A DNA stretch of 64,000 nt from Eledone cirrhosa (lineage: Eukaryota). Below the pieces are notes generated by a model that ran no database searches, was not told the DNA's origin, and was given only the letters and a program-made list of their open reading frames with translations. The position numbers and the translations under genes are program-made. Location: contig OZ024741.1 in assembly GCA_964016885.1 (NCBI GenBank), positions 143,344,001-143,408,000 on the forward strand, given 5' to 3'. Shown piece after piece: positions 27,436-42,800 of this stretch (positions within the stretch are counted from its first letter, which is position 1; every line of letters begins with the position of its first letter).

Positions 27436-27630
27436 AGGCAGTGGATTGGCAGTATCAGTAGCAGGTCAGACGCCATGCTTTGCAGGATAGAGTTACGCTC
27501 TTTTACGGTCTGAGTTCAAATCCCGCCGAGGTTAACTTTGCCTTTCATCCTTACGGGATCGATAAAATAAAGTACCAGTAATGCACTAGGGTAATTGCTG
27601 GCCTTGTGCCAAAAGTAGAAACAATTATTA
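27436..27630 (+). mobile_element. SINE (short subfamily), flanked by attattactgt direct repeat
   Basis: Near-identical to 26838-27028; direct repeat at 27421-27431 and 27624-27634. Confidence 0.88.
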
Positions 27631-28621
27631 CTGTACATACAATGGTACTATAATAACATTACTGTACATATACCACCATTATAATAATTACATATATTAA
27701 ATATAACGCTACAATAATAACATCACTGTACATAGAACAGTGCCATAATAACATTGTTGTACATACAATACCACCATAATGATAACCTCACTGTATAGAT
27801 ACCACCATAATGATAACATATATATTAAAAATGCATTTAGATACTGATGTATATACATCACCACTATGACGATAACATATTCTTTAAATATTTGAGCAGG
27901 TATAAAACTACATTGTATTATATGAGATATCACTGCTGACTGTTAAGTAAAATTTCATCTGTCTTATTACATCAAACTAGAAGATATGATATATTTAGAG
28001 AAATGGTTATTGGATAGTTATGTCTGTGTATGAATAGTTGGTAAAACAATGCTGTTTATGGTCTGGTAGTAACATTCATTCTTAAAATCCTGTAATGATT
28101 TAGCCGAAAATATCTAAAAATGGGCTTCCTCTACTGTGGCTTTCTTCCACTAGGATTTCTCAGCACTTCTTCACCCAGCAGACATCATCCATGTGCATCA
28201 CATCATCATCATCATCATCACCGTTTTACGTCCGTTCTTCCACGCTAGCATGGGTTAGAACGGACGTAAAACGGTGATGTCTATACTATTGCAGTCTCCT
28301 CTCTAGTATACTACATCTGATTCCTGTTATATCCAGTTTCTCTCTCAGTTCACCCATGCTTTATTGTTCCAACACATTACCATTGCACATCCATCAAAGC
28401 ATTCATATATCATCTGCATTCACTGCCCACGTGTCACTCACTACCATACAGCAAAGCACTTTGTACCCATGCATCATACAGCAGACCTTTCACATTGGAC
28501 AACTGTTACTTGATATTCCAGAGTAACAAGGCTCACCACTTAGCCATAATAAATGAATATCAAAACTCTACTTTGGTATTGAGTACTCAATCTCACATCT
28601 GTCAATAACACACATATATAT

Positions 28622-28654
<33 letters not shown>

Positions 28655-28809
28655 TTTGTTTAACATCCATTTTCCAGGCTAGCATGGGTTAGACGGGAGT
28701 TGTCCCACTTGAGGCTTCCCTACCATCTCCCCTCCCATAAACCTCCCTTATATCTATATCCCCAATTTCCCAAAGCATCTTCCCCACCCCTCCCCTATAA
28801 AATGATCCT

Positions 28810-29099
28810 CCCTGGAGCCATGACAAAAGAGCCCAGTCCACACTGTAAAGTGGTCATGTAAGTGTCATGACAAAAAGAACTCAGTCCACACTGAAAAGTG
28901 GTCATGTAGGTGTCATGACAAAAAGCACCCAGTCCACATGTAAAGTGGTCGTGTTAGGAAGGGCATCCAGCCGTAGAAACCAAGCCAAATCAGTTCTGTA
29001 TGAGTGATTCACAGTCCCCTGACCTGATCCCTCACAAAAGGACGCCCGTCCTAACCATGTTAGCATGGAAGATTGATGTTAAATGATGATGATGATGAT
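28810..29099 (+). mobile_element. RTE family A 3' UTR fragment with ~42-bp internal repeats and (GAT)n tail
   Basis: Three cagtccaca..gtggtc units, gaagggcatccagccgtagaaac, ccatgttagcatggaa...aatgatgatgat. Confidence 0.8.
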
Positions 29100-29567
29100 A
29101 TACCTAAACATATATTTTGCAATAGGTCAATATGTATGTTCAATTTTGTGCATGTATGTGTGTAATTCACTCATACACATCTAAAATATCATATATACTA
29201 CAGAGAATATTAGATCTTTCATGAAATGTAATTCAGAACCTGTTATTACCATCTTCAATAAAACACACAGGGTCATCATCAAATAACAGCTGTCCAATGT
29301 GACCATATGGTATGTATCTCTTCCTCTCTAAGGACATACATACACAGATACATAGATATATATATATATACTACATACACACATAGATACTTACATATAT
29401 ACACTACATATATATATACATACATATACACCCCACATCATCATCATCATCGTTTAACGTCCATCTTCCACGCTAGCATGGGTTATATACACCATACATA
29501 TGTATATACATACATATATATGTACCACACATGCATACATACGTACAAACATACAATGTACCACACA

Positions 29568-29619
<52 letters not shown>

Positions 29620-30847
29620 ACATATATACCATACATATACATACACAACAATCTCTCCCACTAAAGAACCACAGATACATGTGTAACAATCTTTTCATCA
29701 ACATCTCTAAATAATTCTTGTTAGCTTAAATCTCTAACATTGCAATGTTTATTTTAAATACGAACTAACATTATCATAACTAGCAGAAAACCACTGTGTA
29801 GTGTGTATATTGATATTATATGCAAGTATATATACATGTAGATATGATACATCAAATAAAATCGTAATTGACAATATACACAGAAATTGAACGAAGACTG
29901 CGTTACACTCTCTTATGTAATCAGTAACGTAATCCATGATACATTAAAAAAGACGATATTATATATAAACTGCATTAGGAGAAAATTAGTATATTTATTT
30001 AGGCGATCGCCAACCGGAAGTGTTGACATTTCAGAAATTTTAAAGAAGTGAATCTTTAAATAAACAAAACATATTTAATCAACATCCACAAAATTTAGTA
30101 GATAAATTATGTAATATTCATTCATTATTTATTTATTCAAAGTAATCCAACATATTTTACTAATGGGATAACAAATTATAAACCGTACGCAGTCCCGCGC
30201 TCCTCCTTTTATTATATTTTAGATTGTTTTTATGTTGACTTTTCCATGCTGGCATGGGTTTGATGAGACTTTCTGACTAAATGTTTTACAGTCTGATGCC
30301 CTTCCTGACACCAATCCCTTTAGTTGCTTCCTACAGTCGAACTACTGGAAATAATAACTAAATTACCCTCAAATCACTTCACATAGCATCTTTAATAAAG
30401 AAGGTTGACAATGCAGGCCCTGATATAAAAAAAAAGGCAGAATGGTTACAGTTGGAATATCTTTGATCATGGGTCTACTCAATAGGACAAAATGCTTTGT
30501 GGCATTTTTTATGGATTCCTGTATTCAGAGTTCAAATTCCAAGGTCAACTTTGCCTTTTATCTTTTCAGAGTTAAGAAAATAAAGTAGTGGCCTTCATTG
30601 TCAGAATTGTTCAAACATGACACAAAATGGCTTGTAGTATTTGTTTTTGTCTCTTGGACCCTAGTTTAACATCCCCCTCTGTCCCTTGAGTGCCTTAAGG
30701 AGCAATGTTGTGAATATTTGGGTCAAGTTTCCAGTGTGAGGATAGCTTCTCCTCTCTCTCTCACCAATCCCATAGGTAAGGAAAACAGTCAAGACCACTG
30801 ACATTCACTTCCTGACTAAACAGTGAAAAGAATTATGAATATAAGCC

Positions 30848-33800
30848 ACACTGTCCAACACATGTATGTAACAACAGCAACACTGTCCAACACATGTATG
30901 TAACAACATCAACACTGTCCAACACATGTATGTAACAACAGCAACACTGTCCAACACATGTATGTAACAACAGCAACACTGTCCCACAATGTATGTAACA
31001 ACAGCAACACTGTCCAACACATGTATGTAACAACAGCAACACTGTCCAACACATGTATGTAACAACAGCAACACTGTCCAACACATGTATGTAACAACAG
31101 CAACACTGTCCCACAATGTATGTAACAACAGCAACACTGTCCAACACATGTATGTAACAACAGCAACACTGTCCCACACATGTATGTAACAACAGCAATA
31201 CTGTCCAACACATGTATGTAACAACAGCAACACTGTCCCACAATGTATGTAACAACAGCAACACTGTCCAACACATGTATGTAACAACAGCAACACTGTC
31301 CAACACATGTCTGTAACAACAGCAACACTGTCCCACACATGTATGTAACAACAGCAACACTGTCCAACACATGTATGTAACAACAGCAACACTGTCCAAC
31401 ACATGTATGTAACAACAGCAACACTGTCCCACACATGTATGTAACAACAGCAACACTGTCCAACACATGTATGTAACAACAGCAACACTGTCCAACACAT
31501 GTCTGTAACAACAGCAACACTGTCCAACACATGTATGTAATAAAAGCAACACTGTCCAACACATGTATGTAACAACAGCAACACTGTCCCACACATGTAT
31601 GAAACAACAGCAACACTGTCCAACACGTGTATGTAACAACAGCAACACTGTCCCACACATGTATGAAACAACAGCAACACTGTCCCACACATGTATGAAA
31701 CAACAGCAACACTGTCCAACACATGTATGTAACAACAGCAACACTGTCCCACACATGTATGTAACAACAGCAACACTGTCCCACAATGTATGTAACAACA
31801 GCAACACTGTCCCACACATGTATGTAACAACAGCAACACTGTCCCACACATGTATGTAACAACAGCAACACTGTCCAACACATGTCTGTAACAACAGCAA
31901 CACTGTCCAACACAGGTATGTAACAACAGCAACACTGTCCCACACATGTATGAAACAACAGCAACACTGTCCAACACGTGTATGTAACAACAGCAACACT
32001 GTCCAACACATGTATGTAACAACAGCAACACTGTCCAACACATGTATGTAACAACAGCAACACTGTCCAACACATGTATGAAACAACAGCAACACTGTCC
32101 AACACATGTATGAAACAACAGCAACACTGTCCAACACATGTATGTAACAACAGCAACACTGTCCAACACATGTATGAAACAACAGCAACACTGTCCAACA
32201 CGTGTATGTAACAACAGCAACACTGTCCAACACATGTCTGTAACAACAACACTGTCCAACACATGTATGTAACAACAGCAACACTGTCCAACACATGTAT
32301 GTAACAACAGCAACACTGTCCCACACATGTATGTAACAACAGCAACACTGTCCAACACATGTATGTAACAACAGCAACACTGTCCAACACATGTATGTAA
32401 CAACAGCAACACTGTCCAACACATGTATGTAACAACAGCAACACTGTCCATCACATGTATGTAACAACAGCAACACTGTCCAACACATGTATGTAACAAC
32501 AGCAACACTGTCCCACACATGTATGTAACAACAGCAACACTGTCCCACAATGTATGTAACAACAGCAACACTGTCCAACACATGTATGTAACAACAGCAA
32601 CACTGTCCAACACATGTATGTAACAACAGCAACACTGCCCCACACATGTATGTAACAACAGCAACACTGTCCCACACATGTATGTAACAACAGCAACACT
32701 GTCCAACACGTGTATGTAACAACAGCAACACTGTCCCACAATGTATGTAACAACAGCAACACTGTCCCACACATGTATGTAACAGCAGCAACACTGTCCA
32801 ACACATGTATGTAACAACAGCAACACTGTCCAACACATGTCTGTAACAACAGCAACACTGTCCCACAATGTATGTAACAACAGCAACACTGTCCCACAAT
32901 GTATGTAACAACAGCAACACTGTCCAACACATGTATGTAACAACAGCAACACTGTTCCACATATGTATGTAACAACAGCAACACTGTCCAACACATGTAT
33001 GTAACAACAGCAACACTGTCCAACACATGTATGTAACAACAGCAACACTGTTCCACATATGTATGTAACAACAGCAACACTGTCCCACATATGTATGTAA
33101 CAACAGCAACACTGTCCAACACATGTATGTAACAACAGCAACACTGTCCAACACATGTATGTAACAACAGCAACACTGTCCCACACATGTATGAAACAAC
33201 AGCAACACTGTCCAACACATGTATGTAACAACAGCAACACTGTCCAACACATGTATGTAACAACAGCAACACTGTCCAACACATGTATGTAACAACAGCA
33301 ACACTGTCCCACACATGTATGAAACAACAGCAACACTGTCCAACACATGTATGTAACAACAGCAACACTGTCCAACACATGTATGTAACAACAGCAACAC
33401 TGTCCATCACATGTATGTAACAACAGCAACACTGTCCAACACATGTATGTAACAACAGCAACACTGTCCCACACATGTATGTAACAACAGCAACACTGTC
33501 CCACAATGTATGTAACAACAGCAACACTGTCCCACACATGTATGTAACAACAGCAACACTGTCCAACACATGTATGTAACAACAGCAACACTGTCCCACA
33601 ATGTATGTAACAACAGCAACACTGTCCAACACATGTATGTAACAACAGCAACACTGTCCCACACATGTATGTAACAACAGCAATACTGTCCAACACATGT
33701 ATGTAACAACAGCAACACTGTCCCACACATGTATGTAACAACAGCAACACTGTCCCACACATGTATGTAACAACAGCAACACTGTCCAACACATGTCTGT

Positions 33801-36800
33801 AACAACAGCAACACTGTCCAACACAGGTATGAAACAACAGCAACACTGTCCAACACGTGTATGTAACAACAGCAACACTGTCCAACACATGTATGTAACA
33901 ACAGCAACACTGTCCAACATATGTATGTAACAACAGCAACACTGTCCAACACATGTCTGTAACAACAGCAACACTGTCCAACATATGTATGTAACAAGAG
34001 CAACACTGTCCAACACATGTCTGTAACAACAGCAACACTGTCCAACATATCTATGTAACAACAGCAACACTGTCCCACAATGTATGTAACAACAGCAACA
34101 CTGTCCCACACATGTATGTAACAACAGCAACACTGTTCCACATATGTATGTAACAACAGCAACACTGTCCCACACATGTATGTAACAACAGCAACACTGT
34201 CCCACACATGTATGTAACAACAGCAACACTGTCCCACACATGTATGTAACAACAGCAACACTGTCCCACATATGTATGTAACAACAGCAACACTGTCCAA
34301 CACATGTCTGTAACAACAGCAACACTGTCCAACACATGTATGAAACAACAGCAACACTGCCCAACACATGTATGTAACAACAGCAACACTGTCCAACATA
34401 TGTCTGTAACAACAGCAACACTGTCCAACACATGTATGTAACAACAGCAACACTGTCCCACAATGTATGTAACAACAGCAACACTGTCCAACACATGTAT
34501 GTAATAACGGCAACACTGTCCCACAATGTATGTAACAACAGCAACACTGTCCCACACATGTATGTAACAACAGCAACACGGCCCTACACATGTATGTAAC
34601 AACAGCAACACTGTCCAACACATGTATGTAACAACAGCAACACTGTCCAACACATGTATGTAACAACAGCAACACTGTCCAACACATGTATGTAACAACA
34701 GCAACACTGTCCAACACATGTATGTAACAACAGCAACACTGTCCAACACATGTATGTAACAACAGCAACACTGTCCCACACATGTATGTAACAACAGCAA
34801 CACTGTCCCACAATGTATGTAACAACAGCAACACTGTCCAACACATGTATGTAACAACAGCAACACTGTCCAACACATGTATGTAACAACAGCAACACTG
34901 TCCCACACATGTATGTAACAACAGCAACACTGTCCCACACATGTATGTAACAACAGCAACACTGTCCCACAATGTATGTAACAACAGCAACACTGTCCAA
35001 CACATGTATGTAACAACAGCAACACTGTCCAACACATGTCTGTAACAACAGCAACACTGTCCCACAATGTATGTAACAACAGCAACACTGTCCAACACAT
35101 GTATGTAACAACAGCAACACTGTCCCACACATGTATGTAACAACAGCAACACTGTCCCACACATGTATGTAACAACAGCAACACTGTCCCACAATGTATG
35201 TAACAACAGCAACACTGTCCAACACATGTATGTAACAACAGCAACACTGTCCAACACATGTCTGTAACAACAGCAACACTGTCCCACAATGTATGTAACA
35301 ACAGCAACACTGTCCCACAATGTATGTAACAACAGCAACACTGTCCAACACGTGTATGTAACAACAGCAACACTGTCCCACAATGTATGTAACAACAGCA
35401 ACACTGTCCCACACATGTATGTAACAACAGCAACACTGTCCAACACATGTATGTAACAACAGCAACACTGTTCCACATATGTATGTAACAACAGCAACAC
35501 TGTCCAACACATGTATGTAACAACAGCAACACTGTCCAACACATGTATGTAACAACAGCAACACTGTTCCACATATGTATGTAACAACAGCAACACTGTC
35601 CCACATATGTATGTAACAACAGCAACACTGTCCAACACATGTATGTAACAACAGCAACACTGTCCAACACATGTATGTAACAACAGCAACACTGTCCCAC
35701 ACATGTATGAAACAACAGCAACACTGTCCAACACATGTATGTAACAACAGCAACACTGTCCCACAATGTATGTAACAACAGCAACACTGTCCCACACATG
35801 TATGTAACAACAGCAACACTGTCCAACACATGTATGTAACAACAGCAACACTGTCCCACAATGTATGTAACAACAGCAACACTGTCCAACACATGTATGT
35901 AACAACAGCAACACTGTCCCACACATGTATGTAACAACAGCAATACTGTCCAAGACATGTATGTAACAACAGCAACACTGTCCCACAATGTATGTAACAA
36001 CAGCAACACTGTCCCACAATGTATGTAACAACAGCAACACTGTGCCACACATGTATGTAACAACAGCAACACTGACCCACACATGTATGTAACAACAGCA
36101 ACACTGTCCAACACATGTATGTAACAACAGCAACACTGTTCCACATATGTATGTAACAACAGCAACGCTGTCCAACACATGTATGTAACAACAGCAACAC
36201 TGTCCCACAATGTATGTAACAACAGCAACACTGTCCAACACATGTATGTAACAACAGCAACGCTGTCCAACACATGTCTGTAACAACAGCAACACTGTCC
36301 AACACATGTATGTAACAACAGCAACACTGTCCCACAATGTATGTAACAACAGCAACACTGTCCAACACATGTATGTAACAACAGCAACACTGTCCCACAA
36401 TGTATGTAACAACAGCAACACTGTTCCACATATGTATGTAACAACAGCAACGCTGTCCAACACATGTATGTAACAACAGCAACACTGTCCCACAATGTAT
36501 GTAACAACAGCAACACTGTCCCACAATGTATGTAACAACAGCAACACTGTCCAACACATGTATGTAACAACAGCAACACTGTCCCACATATGTATGTAAC
36601 AACAGCAACACTGTCCAACACATGTATGTAACAACAGCAACACTGTCCCACACATGTATGTAACAACAGCAACACTGTCCAACACATGTATGTAACAACA
36701 GCAACACTGTCCCACACATGTATGTAACAACAGCAACACTGTCCAACACATGTATGTAACAACAGCAACACTGTCCCACAATGTATGTAACAACAGCAAC

Positions 36801-39800
36801 ACTGTCCAACACATGTATGTAACAACAGCAACACTGTCCCACACATGTATGTAACAACAGCAACACTGTGCCACATATGTATGTAACAACAGCAACATTG
36901 TCCAACACATGTAACAACAGCAACACTGTCCCACATATGTATGTAACAACAGCAACACTGTCCAACACATGTATGTAACAACAGCAACACTGTCCCACAC
37001 ATGTATGTAACAACAGCAACACTGTCCAACACATGTATGTAACAACAGCAACACTGTCCCACAATGTATGTAACAACAGCAACATTGTCCAACACATGTA
37101 TGTAACAACAGCAACACTGTCCCACAATGTATGTAACAACAGCAACACTGTTCCTCACATGTCTGTAACAACAGCAACACTGTCCAACACATGTATGTAA
37201 CAACAGCAACACTGTCCAACACATGTATGTAACAACAGCAACGCTGTCCCACACATGTATGTAACAACAGCAACACTGTCCAACACATGTATGTAACAAC
37301 AGCAACACTGTCCAACACGTGTATGTAACAACAGCAACACTGTCCAACATATGTATGTAACAACAGCAACACTGTTCCTCACATGTATGTAACAACAGCA
37401 ACACTGTCCCACACATGTATGTAACAACAGCAACACTGTCCCACAATGTATGTAACAACAGCAACACTGTTCCTCACATGTATGTAACAACAGCAACACT
37501 GTCCCACACATGTATGTAACAACAGCAACACTGTCCCACATATGTATGTAACAACAGCAACACTGTCCCACATATGTATGTAACAACAGCAACACTGTCC
37601 AACACATGTATGTAACAACATCAACACTGTCCAACACATGTATGTAACAACATCAACACTGTCCAACACATGTATGTAACAACAGCAACACTGTTCCTCA
37701 CATGTCTGTAACAACAGCAACACTGTCCCACACATGTATGTAATAACAGCAACACTGTCCCACACATGTATGTAACAACAGCAACACTGTCCCACACATG
37801 TATGTAACAACAGCAACACTGTTCCACATATGTATGTAACAACAGCAACACTGTCCCACACATGTATGTAACAACAGCAACACTGTCCCACACATGTATG
37901 TAACAACAGCAACACTGTCCCACAATGTATGTAACAACAGCAACACTGTCCAACACATGTATGTAACAACAGCAACACTGTCCCACAATGTATGTAACAA
38001 CAGCAACACTGTGCCACATATGTATGTAACAACAGCAACATTGTCCAACACATGTATGTAACAACAGCAACACTGTCCCACAATGTATGTAACAACAGCA
38101 ACACTGTGCCACATATGTATGTAACAACAGCAACATTGTCCAACACATGTATGTAACAACAGCAAAACTGTTCCTCACATGTCTGTAACAACAGCAACAC
38201 TGTCCAACACATGTATGTAACAACAGCAACACTGTCCAACATATGTATGTAACAACAGCAACACTGTCCAACATATGTATGTAACAACAGCAACACTGTC
38301 CAACACATGTATGTAACAACAGCAACGCTGTCCCACACATGTATGTAACAACAGCAACACTGTCCAACACGTGTATGTAACAACAGCAACACTGTCCAAC
38401 ACGTGTATGTAACAACAGCAACACTGTCCAACATATGTATGTAACAACAGCAACACTGTTCCTCACATGTATGTAACAACAGCAACACTGTCCCACACAT
38501 GTATGTAACAACAGCAACACTGTCCCACAATGTATGTAACAACAGCAACACTGTTCCTCACATGTATGTAACAACAGCAACACTGTCCCACACATGTATG
38601 TAACAACAGCAACACTGTCCCACATATGTATGTAACAACAGCAACACTGTCCCACATATGTATGTAACAACAGCAACACTGTCCAACACATGTATGTAAC
38701 AACAGCAACACAGTCCAACATATGTATGTAACAACAGCAACACTGTCCAACACATGTCTGTAACAACAGCAACACTGTCCAACATATGTATGTAACAAGA
38801 GCAACACTGTCCAACACATGTCTGTAACAACAGCAACACTGTCCAACATATCTATGTAACAACAGCAACACTGTCCCACACATGTATGTAACAACAGCAA
38901 CACTGTCCCACAATGTATGTAACAACAGCAACACTGTCCCACACATGTATGTAACAACAGCAACACTGTTCCACATATGTATGTAACAACAGCAACACTG
39001 TCCCACACATGTATGTAACAACAGCAACACTGTCCCACACATGTATGTAACAACAGCAACACTGTCCCACACATGTATGTAACAACAGCAACACTGTCCC
39101 ACATATGTATGTAACAACAGCAACACTGTCCAACACATGTCTGTAACAACAGCAACACTGTCCAACACATGTATGAAACAACAGCAACACTGCCCAACAC
39201 ATGTATGTAACAACAGCAACACTGTCCAACACATGTCTGTAACAACAGCAACACTGTCCAACACATGTATGTAACAACAGCAACACTGTCCCACAATGTA
39301 TGTAACAACAGCAACACTGTCCCACACATGTATGTAACAACAGCAACACTGTCCAACACATGTATGTAACAACAGCAACACTGTCCAACACATGTATGTA
39401 ACAACAGCAACACTGTCCAACACATGTATGTAACAACAGCAACACTGTCCAACACATGTATGTAACAACAGCAACACTGTCCAACACATGTATGTAACAA
39501 CAGCAACACTGTCCAACACATGTATGTAACAACAGCAACACTGTCCCACACATGTATGTAACAACAGCAACACTGTCCCACAATGTATGTAACAACAGCA
39601 ACACTGTCCAACACATGTATGTAACAACAGCAACACTGTCCCACACATGTATGTAACAACAGCAACACTGTTCCACATATGTATGTAACAACAGCAACAC
39701 TGTCCCACACATGTATGTAACAACAGCAACACTGTCCCACACATGTATGTAACAACAGCAACACTGTCCCACAATGTATGTAACAACAGCAACACTGTCC

Positions 39801-42800
39801 CACAATGTATGTAACAACCGCAACACTGTCCCACACATGTATGTAACAACAGCAACACTGTCCAACACATGTATGTAACAACAGCAACACTGTCCCACAA
39901 TGTATGTAACAACAGCAACACTGTCCAACACATGTATGTAACAACAGCAACACTGTCCAACACATGTATGTAACAACAGCAACACTGTCCCACACATGTA
40001 TGTAACAACAGCAACACTGTCCCACAATGTATGTAACAACAGCAACACTGTCCCACAATGTATGTAACAACAGCAACACTATGCCACACATGTATGTAAC
40101 AACAGCAACACTGTCCAACACATGTATGTAACAACAGCAACACTGTTCCACATATGTATGTAACAACAGCAACGCTGTCCAACACATGTATGTAACAACA
40201 GCAACACTGTCCCACAATGTATGTAACAACAGCAACACTGTCCAACATATGTATGTAACAACAGCAACGCTGTCCAACACATGTATGTAACAACAGCAAC
40301 ACTGTCCCACAATGTATGTAACAACAGCAACACTGTCCAACACATGTATGTAACAACAGCAACACTGTCCCACAATGTATGTAACAACAGCAACACTGTT
40401 CCACACATGTATGCAACAACAGCAACACTGTCCCACACATGTATGTAACAACAGCAACACTGTCCCACAATGTATGTAACAACAGCAACACTGTCCCACA
40501 CATGTATGTAACAACAGCAACACTGTCCCACAATGTATGTAACAACAGCAACACTGTCCCACAATGTATGTAACAACAGCAACACTGTCCCACACATGTA
40601 TGTAACAACAGCAACACTGTTCCACACATGTATGTAACAACAGCAACAGTCCCACACATGTATGTAACAACAGCAACACTGTCCCACACATGTATGTAAC
40701 AACAGCAACACTGTCCAACACATGTATGTAACAACAGCAACACTGTCCCACACATGTATGTAACAACAGCAACACTGTCCCACAATGTATGTAACAACAG
40801 CAACACTGTCCCACAATGTATGTAACAACAGCAACACTGTCCAACACATGTATGTAACAACAGCAACACTGTCCAACACATGTATGTAACAACAGCAACA
40901 CTGTCCCACACATGTATGTAATAACAGCAACACTGTCCCACAATGTATGTAACAACAGCAACACTGTCCAACACATGTATGTAACAACAGCAACACTGTC
41001 CCACAATGTATGTAACAATAGCAACACTGTCCCACACATGTATGTAACAACAGCAACACTGTCCCACAATGTATGTAACAACAGCAACACTGTCCAACAC
41101 ATGTATGTAACAACAGCAACACTGTCCCACAATGTATGTAACAATAGCAACACTGTCCAACACATGTATGTAACAACAGCAACACTGTCCCACACATGTA
41201 TGTAACAACAGCAACACTGTCCCACAATGTATGTAACAACAGCAACACTGTCCAACACATGTATGTAACAACAGCAACACTGTCCCACAATGTATGTAAC
41301 AATAGCAACACTGTCCAACACATGTATGTAACAACAGCAACACTGTCCAACACATGTATGTAACAACAGCAACACTGTGCCACAATGTATGTAACAACAG
41401 CAACACTGTCCAACACATGTATGTAACAACAGCAACACTGTCCAACACATGTATGTAACAACAGCAACACTGTCCCACACATGTATGTAACAACAGCAAC
41501 ACTGTCCCACAATGTATGTAACAACAGCAACACTGTCCAACACATGTATGTAACAACAGCAACACTGTCCCACAATGTATGTAACAACAGCAACACTGTC
41601 CCACAATGTATGTAACAACAGCAACACTGTCCAACACATGTATGTAACAACAGCAACACTGTCCAACACATGTATGTAACAACAGCAACACTGTCCCACA
41701 ATGTATGTAACAACAGCAACACTGTCCCACACATGTATGTAACAACAGCAACACTGTCCAACACATGTATGTAACAACAGCAACACTGTCCAACAACGTA
41801 TGTATGTAACAACAGCAACACTGTCCCACACATGTATGTAACAACAGCAACACTGTCCCACATATGTATGTAACAACAGCAACACTGTCCCACACATGTA
41901 TGTAACAACAGCAACACTGTCCCACAATGTATGTAACAACAGCAACACTGTCCCACACATGTATGTAACAACAGCAACACTGTCCCACAATGTATGTAAC
42001 AACAGCAACACTGTCCAACATATGTATGTAACAACAGCAACACTGTCCAACACATGTATGTAACAACAGCAACACTGTCCCACAATGTATGTAACAACAG
42101 CAACACTGTCCCACACATGTATGTAACAACAGCAACACTGTCCAACACATGTATGTAACAACAGCAACACTGTCCAACAACGTATGTATGTAACAACAGC
42201 AACACTGTCCCACACATGTATGTAACAACAGCAACACTGTCCCACATATGTATGTAACAACAGCAACACTGTCCCACACATGTATGTAACAACAGCAACA
42301 CTGTCCCACACATGTCTGTAACAACAGCAACACTGTCCAACATATGTATGTAACAAGAGCAACACTGTCCAACACATGTCTGTAACAACAGCAACACTGT
42401 CCCACAATGTATGTAACAACAGCAACACTGTCCAACATATGTATGTAACAACAGCAACACTGTCCAACACATGTATGTAACAACAGCAACACTGTCCCAC
42501 ACATGTATGTAACAACAGCAACACTGTCCAACACATGTATGAAACAACAGCAACACTGTCCAACACGTGTATGTAACAACAGCAACACTTTCCAACACAT
42601 GTCTGTAACAACAGCAACACTGTCCAACACATGTATGAAACAACAGCAACACTGTCCAACACATGTATGTGACAACAGCAACACTTTCCAACACATGTCT
42701 GTAACAACAGCAACACTGTCCCACACATGTATGTAACAACAGCAACACTGTCCAACACATGTATGAAACAACAGCAACACTGTCCAACACATGTATGTAA

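Larger units (their letters stand above)
26594..27880. repeat. Degenerate ~34-bp minisatellite (ccactataatgatatcatcactgtacatacaa...) interrupted by three SINEs
   Basis: ataatga recurs at 34-37-bp spacing (unit starts at 26631, 26665, 26699). Confidence 0.85.
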
